From the NCBI GenBank assembly GCA_030037515.1, contig JASHRE010000197.1, positions 1 through 32,448 of the forward strand: a stretch of 32,448 nucleotides of DNA, read 5' to 3'. This stretch comes from Candidatus Sulfotelmatobacter sp. Its GTDB lineage: Bacteria; Acidobacteriota; Terriglobia; Terriglobales; Acidobacteriaceae. Below the pieces are notes generated by a model. The model saw only the letters and a program-made list of their open reading frames with translations. It made no database searches and had not been told where the DNA came from. Positions 1-8,052 of this stretch are shown here, one piece after another; within the stretch, counting starts at the first letter, position 1; every line of letters starts with the position of its first letter. The position numbers were made by a program, and so were the translations under genes.

Positions 1-822
1 GCGGAACACAAACACCCGGTCTACACTCATCTTCGCAGCTTCGGTCAAACCGAGCCGGGATCGGCGATCGAATCGGTCGAAGAAGTTATAGGGGCAGCGG
101 CGATCTCTGGCGCAGCGCTGCACATCGTGCACATCAACAGCACTTGCCTCATGATGTCGATGGAATGCATTTCTCTGATTGACGGCGCGAGAGCGCGCGG
201 ATTGGATGTTACGACCGAGGCTTATCCCTATATCGCCGGCATGACGATTATCAACTCGGCACAGTTCAATCCGGGATGGCGCGAGAAGTTGGGCATCGAC
301 TATGGCAATCTTGTGTTGCTTGGCACTGGGGAACATTTGACCAAGGAACGCTTCGAGGAACTGCACAATTCCAGCACAGCGCAGTCGGTCCTGGTGTTCG
401 CGAACACGCAAGAAATGGTGGACAAGGTAATCACGAACCCGCTGACAATGATCGCGAGCGATGGAGCGCCCGGGCATCCGCGCAATGCGGGCACGTATTC
501 GCGGGTGCTGGCGGAATATGTGCGCGAGAAGAAAACTCTCACTCTGATGGAAGCGTTGCGCAAGATGACGCTCATGCCGGCGCAGATGCTTGAGCGGTCA
601 ACTCCGCAGGCGCGCCACAAAGGACGATTGCAGAAGGGAGCCGACGCGGACGTGGTCGTGTTCGATCCACATGCGATTCGCGACCGGGCAACTTTTGACG
701 AGCCGATGGAAACGAGCGTGGGTGTGCATTATCTGCTGGTCGGTGGGACTGTGCTCATCGATCAGGGCGAGCTCGTGCCCGGCGTTTATCCAGGACGCGC
801 GATCGTGGGAACCACAAAGTAA
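1..822 (+). CDS. Amidohydrolase superfamily, N-acyl-D-amino-acid deacylase (D-aminoacylase)-like; 5' end outside the window
   Basis: Frame 1 is open from base 1 (AEHKHPVYTHLRSFGQ...) into listed ORF 127..822. It carries HIVHINS, EAYPYIAGMT and the C-terminal GADADVVVFDP motif typical of this amidohydrolase group. Confidence 0.75.
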   Translation, partial: AEHKHPVYTHLRSFGQTEPGSAIESVEEVIGAAAISGAALHIVHINSTCLMMSMECISLIDGARARGLDVTTEAYPYIAGMTIINSAQFNPGWREKLGIDYGNLVLLGTGEHLTKERFEELHNSSTAQSVLVFANTQEMVDKVITNPLTMIASDGAPGHPRNAGTYSRVLAEYVREKKTLTLMEALRKMTLMPAQMLERSTPQARHKGRLQKGADADVVVFDPHAIRDRATFDEPMETSVGVHYLLVGGTVLIDQGELVPGVYPGRAIVGTTK

Positions 823-845
823 TTACGGAGTCTCCGATACTGCAC

Positions 846-873
846 GTTCTCCTCTGCATTTTCTGAGGAGAAC
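846..873 (+). terminator. Perfect 9-bp hairpin (GTTCTCCTC / GAGGAGAAC, 10-nt loop) 24 nt after the amidohydrolase stop; no clear U-run
   Basis: Inverted repeat read directly at 846-854 and 865-873, in a convergent gap. Confidence 0.35.
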
Positions 874-1086
874 TTCGCGTAACTCCGCCCTTGCCTGAGT
901 GGATTGGGGGAGGGTACGGCCGCTAGCCGTGCCGCACAGAGCTACGAAAGAAAAGAAAAGAGGTTGGGCTTTGGTTAATCAGCCCTGGGGATGTTCCCTT
1001 GGGCGGGGAAACCATTGGCAAAACCAGCTCTTGATTTTAGACAAGCGCGGAGAACGGAAAGAAATTGCCCACCCTTGAACGCACTC

Positions 1087-1599
1087 TTATCCGTGCTCCG
1101 TTATCCCGCGCAGCAGATCGATCATGTGCGGGATCAGATCCTCCACGGCTGCCAGGGATTCGACTGCGGCGGAAGGGCTTCCTGGCAAATTCAGGATCAG
1201 TGTCGTCCCGCAAATGCCGCAAACGGCGCGGCTTATGACAGCACGCGGCGTCTTCTTGCTTCCCTCGCTGCGCATTCGTTCGCCCACACCGGGGATGAGA
1301 CGATCGCACACCGCAACCGTCGCTTCCGGCGTCACGTCGCGCGCTGCGATGCCCGTTCCGCCGGTGGTCACGATCAACCGTACGTCGCCAGCAAGGCGAG
1401 TGAGCAAGTCCTTGATTTGGGTGAGATCGTCAGCAACGACTTCGCGCGCTACAACTTTGAACCTCGATTTTTCGAGGAACTGCCCCACGGCAGGGCCGGA
1501 GAGATCGGCCCGTTCGCCCCGCGCGCAAGAATCACTGACGGTCACGACAACTGCGGTGATCCGGCTCTCGCGTACCGAATCAGTTGTCGAGGAGGACAT
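1087..1599 (-). CDS. mog: Molybdenum cofactor biosynthesis protein, MogA/MoaB family (molybdopterin adenylyltransferase-like)
   Basis: Contains RITAVVVTVSD, LIVTTGGTG, and GTTLILNLPGSPSA. I chose the internal ATG at 1597-1599, preceded by AAGAGGAAG (SD-like). The longer ORF start at 1695 would add an R/K-rich junk extension. Confidence 0.8.
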   Translation of the reverse strand: MSSSTTDSVRESRITAVVVTVSDSCARGERADLSGPAVGQFLEKSRFKVVAREVVADDLTQIKDLLTRLAGDVRLIVTTGGTGIAARDVTPEATVAVCDRLIPGVGERMRSEGSKKTPRAVISRAVCGICGTTLILNLPGSPSAAVESLAAVEDLIPHMIDLLRGITEHG

Positions 1600-2413
1600 C
1601 TTCCTCTTCTTCTTTCGCCGCCGGTGGCTTTGCGGTGGCGACACCAGAAGGCGCAGTAGCCGCAGCCGGCGCCGGATCCGCTTCCGCGCCGGCATCGCGC
1701 TGCGATTCGTCGAGCAGACGCAGTCCTTCCATCAGCAGCCCTTGCGTGTTGAGCTGCGTGGTTTCTTGGTCGGTCTTGGCTTCGAAGTCGAGTTGGAAAT
1801 TTCCGCCCGTCCAGCGCAGAACTTTGAAAACGGCTTGATCTCCAACCAGTGATCCATACGTTGCGTGCTTCACCTGGCCTTCGACGAAAAACACTTCGCA
1901 TTTTTCGCCTTCCTTGGTGAGCGAGAGCTGGCAGCTCTTGCGGCCCATTTCTAGCGATTGCATCAGGTCAATCACATTCATTTGCGTGAGGCTGCCGCGC
2001 ACCACGCCGTCGGACGGCGCGGTCTTAGCCATTTTTTCCAGCGCGATGCGGTCGATCATGCGTTTGATGCGGCGGGTGGCTTCTTTCAGGAAAAACGGTT
2101 TTTCGAGATAGTCGTCGGCGGCGTCTTGTGGCGAGAGCCGCTCGGCGATGTCGGCTTTGCTGGCCATGAGCACGGTCGAGAAATTCGCCGTGGCCGGACG
2201 GCTTTTCAGTTTCTCGACGAGTTGGCGGCCATCCATGCCAGGCAGGCGATAATCGCAAACCAGCAATTCGGGCGGATTATCGACGGCCTTCAACAACGCA
2301 TCGGCCGCGTCGGACGCGGTCACCACCTGCGCCAGTGGCGCCAGCGCCTGGTGCAACATCCCAAGCACCATGGGATTGTCGTCGACCACCAGCAGTTTTA
2401 CCTCATTCGCCAT
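1580..2413 (-). CDS. Response regulator: N-terminal receiver (REC) plus C-terminal DUF4388/PATAN domain, with an acidic/Ala-Pro tail
   Basis: REC signature: LLVVDDN...LLVCDYRLPGMDG...YLEKPF. C-terminal part: GSLTQMNVIDLMQSLEMGRKSCQLSL...VFFVEGQVKHATYGSLVGDQAVFKVLRWTGGNFQLDF, which matches the DUF4388 pattern as I recall it. Confidence 0.8.
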   Translation of the reverse strand: MANEVKLLVVDDNPMVLGMLHQALAPLAQVVTASDAADALLKAVDNPPELLVCDYRLPGMDGRQLVEKLKSRPATANFSTVLMASKADIAERLSPQDAADDYLEKPFFLKEATRRIKRMIDRIALEKMAKTAPSDGVVRGSLTQMNVIDLMQSLEMGRKSCQLSLTKEGEKCEVFFVEGQVKHATYGSLVGDQAVFKVLRWTGGNFQLDFEAKTDQETTQLNTQGLLMEGLRLLDESQRDAGAEADPAPAAATAPSGVATAKPPAAKEEEEDVLLDN

Positions 2414-2427
2414 GAATTTTTTGCGGT

Positions 2428-2901
2428 CTATGATTTCGCCCGGCGATACTCGCCACTTTTGCCGCCGTTCTTGCGATCGAGCACGATTTCGCGAATTTCA
2501 ATGCCCTTGTCCAGGGCCTTGCACATATCGTACACGGTCAGCGCCGCGACGCTGGCGGCAACCAGCGCCTCCATCTCGACGCCGGTTTCCGCCGTGGTCG
2601 TGACTTTCGAGGCAATAGCGACGCCATTCTCGCACAGCCGCAAGTCGACATCAATGAGCGAAAGCGGCAGGGGATGGCAAAGCGGAATCAATTCGGACGT
2701 CCGCTTGGCCGCCATAATGCCCGCCAGCCGCGCAATTTCCAGCGGATCGCCCTTCGGATTCTTTGGCAGTGCGGCCAGCACCGCGGGTTTCATCGCGACG
2801 AACGCGCTCGCTTCGGCTTCGCGTTTGGTTGCCGATTTGCCGGAGACGTCGACCATGCGCGCGCGGCCCGCGCCATCGTAGTGGGAAAGTCGCTTCGGCA
2901 T
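2428..2901 (-). CDS. moaC: Cyclic pyranopterin monophosphate synthase MoaC
   Basis: Contains LSHYDGAGRARMVDVSGK, and AKRTSELIPLCHPLPL; size (157 aa) is typical. Confidence 0.9.
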   Translation of the reverse strand: MPKRLSHYDGAGRARMVDVSGKSATKREAEASAFVAMKPAVLAALPKNPKGDPLEIARLAGIMAAKRTSELIPLCHPLPLSLIDVDLRLCENGVAIASKVTTTAETGVEMEALVAASVAALTVYDMCKALDKGIEIREIVLDRKNGGKSGEYRRAKS

Positions 2902-2940
2902 GAAGAATTATCTTACATGGGATTGGAGAGCCTGCGCGTC

Positions 2941-4242
2941 TCATCGCATCATCAGTGCAACCCACTCGCCGGATGGAATGTGTTCGCTCTCAGGAGGGAC
3001 GACAACGTAGCAATTTGCGCGCGCCATAGCCGCGATGTCACCGGATCCCTGCCAGGCAACAAGTTCGACTTCGCTCTGTTCGAACTCACCGGAATGGATG
3101 GCGGGAAGAAAGCGTCGCAGACCAGGTTTGACGCGAATCTCCGACTTGAGCTTTGCATGCAGGAAAGCAAGCTGGCGCGGATGTTGACCGGAGAGCGCTT
3201 CGATCATCGGCCGAGCGAAAATCTCGAACGTGACCATGGTAGAAACTGGATTGCCCGGGAGACCGAAGAAATAAGTCGTCTCGCCTGAAACCTTTTCCTC
3301 AAGAGCGCTGCGGCGCGGGCGCTCCTGCCCGCGAGGAAGCAGCACGGCAGAGGTGCGGCCAAAAACCACGGGCTTGCCGGGCTGGATCTTTGCTCCGGTG
3401 AAGAAGAACTCCGACTGCAATTCTGACAGTATCTGCTCGACCAGATCGTACCCGCCCATGGAAACGCCGCCGCTCATCAGCAGTAAATCGGATTGCAGCC
3501 CTTCTTCGATGAGTACTCGCAGCCGCTGAGGCTCGTCGGGAGCGATGGGCAGCAGAATCGGCTCTCCACCGGCACGCAGGATTTGCGCCGCCAGCGAGTA
3601 GCTGTTGGAGTTGCGAATCTGCGTGGGCCCTGGGATGGATTGGATATCTACGATCTCATCGCCGGTGCTGAGCACAGCAATCCGCGGCTGTTCATAGACC
3701 TGCACGCGCGACTTTCCGACAGATGCGGCAAGCGCGAGGGCCGCTTCATTCAGCCGACTGCCACGGTGGAGCAATCGAGATCCCTCGATCGCTTCTGCGC
3801 CACGGGGAACGATGTTTTCGCCGGATGCAACACTCTTATAGATCTCGACCCGATCCGCCTCACGCCTTGTATGCTCGACCATCACGACGGCATCGGTTCC
3901 GTCGGGAACGGGTGCGCCAGTCATGATCGAAACGGCTTGACCCGGCTCGATGCTTGTCGGAATCTTCTGCAATTTCTCGCCAGCTTTGATTTCACCGATC
4001 ACGTCGAGCACAGCTGGAGCCCTGGCCACATCGGCGGAGCGGACCGCGTATCCATCGCGCGTGGAGCGCGGGAATGGCGGGATATTGCGATCGGCAAAGA
4101 TTTCCTCGGCGAGCACACGGTCGGCGGCTGAGAGCAATTCGACGGATTCAGCGGCAGGAGGCGGGATCTCCGCGGCGTGCTTTTCCACGACGCAGCGCGC
4201 GTGTTCGAAACTCAGAATCGTGGACTCGACCGACGCGGGCAT
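2941..4242 (-). CDS. moeA: Molybdopterin molybdenumtransferase MoeA
   Basis: Contains RDGYAVR, IMTGAPVPDGTDAVVMVE, LSTGDE, LLLMSGGVSMGGYD, KPGKP and GLPGNPVS. Confidence 0.9.
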   Translation of the reverse strand: MPASVESTILSFEHARCVVEKHAAEIPPPAAESVELLSAADRVLAEEIFADRNIPPFPRSTRDGYAVRSADVARAPAVLDVIGEIKAGEKLQKIPTSIEPGQAVSIMTGAPVPDGTDAVVMVEHTRREADRVEIYKSVASGENIVPRGAEAIEGSRLLHRGSRLNEAALALAASVGKSRVQVYEQPRIAVLSTGDEIVDIQSIPGPTQIRNSNSYSLAAQILRAGGEPILLPIAPDEPQRLRVLIEEGLQSDLLLMSGGVSMGGYDLVEQILSELQSEFFFTGAKIQPGKPVVFGRTSAVLLPRGQERPRRSALEEKVSGETTYFFGLPGNPVSTMVTFEIFARPMIEALSGQHPRQLAFLHAKLKSEIRVKPGLRRFLPAIHSGEFEQSEVELVAWQGSGDIAAMARANCYVVVPPESEHIPSGEWVALMMR

Positions 4243-4295
4243 AGGGAAATCATAGAGGAAGAAAAAATCCTCTGCAGCCCAGATATCCGGTCAGA

Positions 4296-4553
4296 CGGCT
4301 AAAGCCTGGAACTGTTAGCCGAGGTTCGCCAGGGCTTGTTTGCGAACGACAGACCAGAGCGTCGGAGCGCCTCTGGCGGCGTTGCAGTAACCCCACGGGA
4401 CCTGTCAGGGCCTAACAACACGGCGACTTTGGTCGGCTAAACGCGCGCTGCGGTCTCGATGGGCTGGACGGAGGGAACCTCGTCTGTGCAAGTGGACAGA
4501 GGTGGGCACGGGAAAAGTCAGACTGTTGCACGCCTCACGCCGCTCTTGCACAG
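4296..4553 (-). promoter_or_regulatory. Structured non-coding leader/ncRNA candidate upstream of moeA (strand uncertain)
   Basis: There is no ORF of 60 aa or more in 4256-4587. TTAGCCG (4315-4321) can pair with CGGCTAA at either 4296-4302 or 4434-4440. Nested hairpins are GTTCGC/GCGAAC (4324-4347) and CCAGAG/CTCTGG (4354-4376). A second domain is closed by the 9-bp helix CTGTGCAAG/CTTGCACAG (4484-4553). Confidence 0.3.
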
Positions 4554-4587
4554 CATAACCGGAATCGAGCAGTGAAATCGATGCCGC

Positions 4588-5736
4588 TTACCTGGCCAGC
4601 GCCTGCCCCAGCAATCCCGGATTGCTCGCGAACGATAACCCCGTCTCCAGATCGATCAGGCGGTCGTTAACCAGGCGGGCGATCTCGCCGTCGAAGTGCT
4701 GCATGCCTTCAGAAGCGCCGGCTTTGATGGCGTCGAGAAGGGTCTTATTTTCGCGTCCGCCTTTTTCGATGCATTCGCGAGTGCGGGCATTGGCTTTCAG
4801 GATCTCGAACGCCGCGATGCGGCCCGTCCGGTCGGCCTTCGGCAAGAGCCTCTGGCAGATGATGTAGCGGAACGATTTCGCGAAACGCTCGCGGACGAGT
4901 TGCTGCTCGGCCGGGGAAAACGAACTTACGATGCGCTCCAGGGTTTTTGACGCGTCCATCGTGTTGAGGCTGGAAAAAACCAGATGGCCGGTTTCGGCCG
5001 CCTCCAACACGATTTCAATCGTTTTGCGGTCGCGCATTTCTCCCACTAGAATGACTTTCGGCGCCTGCCGCATCGCCGAACGCAGCGCATGTGCGAAACT
5101 CGGTGTGTCACTGTGCAATTCACGCTGATGGATCGTCGAGCACTTATGATTGTGCAAGAACTCGATCGGATCTTCGATAGTGATGATGTGATAGTACTTT
5201 TCCAAATTGATGCGATCCAAAAGCACCGCCAAAGTTGACGATTTGCCCGATCCCGCCGCGCCCGTGACCAGCACAATTCCATCGCGCAGTCGAGTCACAT
5301 CCGCCAACTGCTCGGGCAGGCGTAGAGATGCGAAATCCGGAATTGTGGTCGGAATCACGCGCATGACCACGGCGCAACTGCCGCGCTGAATGAAAATGTT
5401 GACGCGAAAACGCGCCAAGCCGGGCAATCCGTAAGAAACATCGCAGGCACCCTGTTCGCGCAAACTCGCGATCGCCTGCTTGTTGTCCCCGATTAAATCG
5501 GCGGCGATGCCGCGCGTTTCGTCCGGCGTGAGCAGACTCAGTCCCGGCACCTGCACGGGAATCATCTGGCCATAGACCTGCACCTGCGGCGGCCGGCCAG
5601 GCGAAAAGATCAGGTCGCTGATTTTTTCTGCAGCGCGCAGCATCGCGCTGAGCAGGGCGGGCGTCGCGACTCTGCCGCCGCTGGCGGAAAAGTCGTCCAG
5701 AGAAACGGAAATTGGAGCAATTGATGGCGCAGCCAT
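4588..5736 (-). CDS. pilT: Type IV pilus retraction ATPase PilT (twitching motility)
   Basis: Contains Walker A GAAGSGKSSTLA, IITIEDPIEF, ILVGEMRD and GHLVFSSLNT; length (382 aa) fits the PilT/PilU family. Confidence 0.85.
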   Translation of the reverse strand: MAAPSIAPISVSLDDFSASGGRVATPALLSAMLRAAEKISDLIFSPGRPPQVQVYGQMIPVQVPGLSLLTPDETRGIAADLIGDNKQAIASLREQGACDVSYGLPGLARFRVNIFIQRGSCAVVMRVIPTTIPDFASLRLPEQLADVTRLRDGIVLVTGAAGSGKSSTLAVLLDRINLEKYYHIITIEDPIEFLHNHKCSTIHQRELHSDTPSFAHALRSAMRQAPKVILVGEMRDRKTIEIVLEAAETGHLVFSSLNTMDASKTLERIVSSFSPAEQQLVRERFAKSFRYIICQRLLPKADRTGRIAAFEILKANARTRECIEKGGRENKTLLDAIKAGASEGMQHFDGEIARLVNDRLIDLETGLSFASNPGLLGQALAR

Positions 5737-5828
5737 TCGTCCTCACATCCTTTGAATGCATGCACCACAGAAGGGAGGCCAGAAGCGTTACTTAACTGTA
5801 CCGCGCGGCAGGTGGAGTCGCGAAGGAC

Positions 5829-5872
5829 ACTAAGTACATAGCCCTTAGTAATACATAACCTTTAGTAACACC
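5829..5872. repeat. AT-rich island with three imperfect tandem copies of a TTAGTAA-like word, 95-135 nt upstream of pilT
   Basis: Sequence reads cTAAGTAcATAgcc / cTTAGTAAtACATAAcc / tTTAGTAAcAcc. It is the only AT-rich stretch in the 5737-6069 gap. Confidence 0.35.
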
Positions 5873-6069
5873 AGGAAGTTCAATGAAAACCGCTCCCGCC
5901 GGCCTAGGCGGAGTCACGCTCACCCGGGCCCCCGCACATTTTGCAGCCGGTTCTCAAGCCGTCGGGCCACTATCCCTCGACGGCGCGGCCTCAAACCACT
6001 GATTAAATTAAAACCTTCGCGGACACAGCCCGGTCGGCTTCGCTCAGGGTACGTCCGCGCCACACATGC

Positions 6070-7227
6070 CTAGTTCTGTTTCTTTGTTTTCTTCTTGTTG
6101 CCATAGCTGGTTTCGACAGAACCGCCGATGCTGGCCAGCATCTGCTTGGCGGCGTCGGCGTAGTTTCCGGTCGGCTGCAGTTCCAGATACTTCTGGAACG
6201 CCTCGGCCGTCCCGGGAGGCGCAACCATCTTATCTCCCTGCAGCGTCGCCTTGCCGATCATGTTCACGCCTTTCCAATAGTAGGCATCGGCTTTGTTGGG
6301 ATCGGCAGCGATCACTTTGTCGAAGGCAGCAATGGCGTCATCAACTTTACCCGCATTGGTCAGGACAGCTCCCGTATTGAACAGATACTGTCCAGCCGCA
6401 GACGGATCGGTTTGGGCGGCGAGCTGATAAGTCTTCACTGCATCGTCGGTTTTGTTCTCCTTGGCATAGGCCTCGGCCAGATTGTTGTAGTAGGCGGCAA
6501 GAGCCTTGGCTTGCGCATTCGCGTCTTTGTCCGGCGTGGCTTTCTTGAGATCGATCGCCTTGTTGTAATCTTCGACAGCGGCGTCCAGCCGCTTTTGCTT
6601 TTCCGTGGTGTCAGTTTGCTTCGTGGCCGACATCCGCTCATAGTCGGCGAGCTTGAACCAGATCAAGTCGCGGTTCGGGTCGAGCTGGTTCGCCTCCGTC
6701 AGGGCCGCGATCGCGCCATCGTAATTTCCGCCATCCGCGTCCGTCTTCGCTTCATTGAGCTTATCGTTCAAGGCCTTGACTGTATTGACTTCCTTTTTCT
6801 GTTTCTCCTGCTGCTCCTGCATCTGCTTCAACTGCTCCGCACTGAGTCCGACGCCTTTGGCCGCGTTTTCCTGCTCTTTTTTGACATCGAAGTCGAGCGG
6901 TTGGTTGTCACCGATCTGGACTGCAAAGCCATTGGCGTGATCCATTTCCTTGTTGGCTTTTTGATCGTCGGCATTCTTGTAGACAACCACGTTGTACTTG
7001 CCCGGCGAAAGCCCCAGTGAAAAATACTGGCCTTTCTTGTTGGTCTTGAGGGGATATTTCTGGCCGTTATCGAGGTTGTTGTAAACCACAATGGCCTCGG
7101 CGATGGGATTGCCCTGCGCATCCTTGCATGTTCCCTGGACGGTGCCTGAAGACTGGGCCATGGCAGCGGGGACGCACGCCGCCAGAGTGAGTATCGCAAC
7201 TTGAATGATTGCAATGTGTTTATTCAT
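6070..7227 (-). CDS. Secreted protein with N-terminal carboxypeptidase-regulatory-like (CarboxypepD_reg) domain and C-terminal TPR repeats
   Basis: I chose the start at ATG 7225-7227, preceded by GGGAGG. Signal peptide MNKHIAIIQVAILTLAACVPAAMAQ. Contains GTVQGTCKDAQGNPIAEAIVVY...GKYNVVVYK, followed by repeated A/Y/N-rich TPR-like helices. Confidence 0.7.
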   Translation of the reverse strand: MNKHIAIIQVAILTLAACVPAAMAQSSGTVQGTCKDAQGNPIAEAIVVYNNLDNGQKYPLKTNKKGQYFSLGLSPGKYNVVVYKNADDQKANKEMDHANGFAVQIGDNQPLDFDVKKEQENAAKGVGLSAEQLKQMQEQQEKQKKEVNTVKALNDKLNEAKTDADGGNYDGAIAALTEANQLDPNRDLIWFKLADYERMSATKQTDTTEKQKRLDAAVEDYNKAIDLKKATPDKDANAQAKALAAYYNNLAEAYAKENKTDDAVKTYQLAAQTDPSAAGQYLFNTGAVLTNAGKVDDAIAAFDKVIAADPNKADAYYWKGVNMIGKATLQGDKMVAPPGTAEAFQKYLELQPTGNYADAAKQMLASIGGSVETSYGNKKKTKKQN

Positions 7228-7247
7228 TTTGCCTCCCGGCAAGCGCG

Positions 7248-7928
7248 CTATGTTGCCGCGTACGGAATGGGATCGCTGACTCCGGCCAGGGCGAAAGCGC
7301 GAAGCCGCAGAACGCAGGAATCGCACACGCCACAGGCACGATCCTCCTGGCTGTAGCATGACCAAGTTAAATCGAAGGGCGCGCCCAATTCAAGGCCCAG
7401 ACGCACAATCTCCGCCTTTCGCATGGCGATCAGCGGGGTGACGACCTGAATCTTTCCTTCTTTGGTTCCGGCCTTCACCACCGCGTTGAAAGCCTCGTAA
7501 TAAGCAGGACGGCAATCGGGATATCCGGAACTATCCGGCTCGACTGCGCCAATATATACCTTTTTCGCACCCAGCACCTCGGCCCAACTTACGGCGACGG
7601 CTAGAAGATGAGCATTACGAAACGGGACATAAGTAACGGGAACGCCCTCGGCGGGCAATGGGGCGGTGGGAACGGCAATCCCGTCTTCGGTGAGAGCAGA
7701 CCCGCCAATCTCGCGCAACGCTTCGTTCCGAACCATCAAGGTATCCGGGATGTTTAGGTGGCGGCAGATGGCCAGAAATGATTGCCGCTCCCGCTCTTCC
7801 GTACGCTGGCCATAGCTCACGTGAACGGCAGCCACGTCATGATCGCGCGCGGCCAGAGTCGCGCAGACACACGAATCCATGCCGCCACTGAGCAGTACGA
7901 CCGCGCGGGATTTGCCCCCATCCGCCAT
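7248..7928 (-). CDS. queC: 7-cyano-7-deazaguanine synthase QueC
   Basis: MADGGKSRAVVLLSGGMDSCVC (PP-loop SGGxDS) and the C-terminal zinc-binding CYS...ACGVCDSC. The internal ATG at 7926-7928 avoids a junk N-terminal extension. Confidence 0.9.
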   Translation of the reverse strand: MADGGKSRAVVLLSGGMDSCVCATLAARDHDVAAVHVSYGQRTEERERQSFLAICRHLNIPDTLMVRNEALREIGGSALTEDGIAVPTAPLPAEGVPVTYVPFRNAHLLAVAVSWAEVLGAKKVYIGAVEPDSSGYPDCRPAYYEAFNAVVKAGTKEGKIQVVTPLIAMRKAEIVRLGLELGAPFDLTWSCYSQEDRACGVCDSCVLRLRAFALAGVSDPIPYAAT

Positions 7929-7952
7929 AGTAGTTAAGTTGAAACCCGACTT

Positions 7953-8040
7953 CAGATTGATGATTGCAGATTGTTTCAGATTGCTTCGAGAAGTTCGCCC
8001 CCCAGCTCGATTCAGAAATTCTAAATCGGGAATCTGAATC
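7953..8040. repeat. Short-repeat array between queE and queC: GATTG x4 (CAGATTG x3) followed by an 8-bp inverted repeat GATTCAGA/TCTGAATC
   Basis: CAGATTG at 7953, 7967 and 7977, with an extra GATTG at 7962. The inverted repeat is at 8009-8016 and 8033-8040. Confidence 0.4.
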
Positions 8041-8052
8041 CGCAATTTCGGG

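Noticed and set aside
4342-4440. tmRNA-like tag start GCGAACGAC (A-N-D...) followed by an open frame ending in TAA, in a spacer of tmRNA-like length
   Set aside because: There is no tRNA-like domain on either strand: no GGGG...UUCGAC 5' end and no T-arm/CCA 3' end. The implied tag (32 aa ending LVG) is atypical. The match to the E. coli tag start is only 8/9 nt.
4509-4566. RNase P RNA-like words (GGGAAAAGU, ACAG..CCGGA; also AGCCGACCAAAGUCGCCG on the minus strand), here and at 20420-20463
   Set aside because: The near-universal GGAAAGUCCGGGC, the GGUAA/GUGAAA modules and ACAGAACCCGGCUUA are absent. The candidate spans are far too short for RNase P RNA.
7228-7365. 46-aa N-terminal extension of the TPR protein ORF, overlapping queC by about 118 nt
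   Set aside because: The internal ATG at 7227 has a GGGAGG SD and is followed immediately by a signal peptide, whereas the extension is R/S-rich junk.
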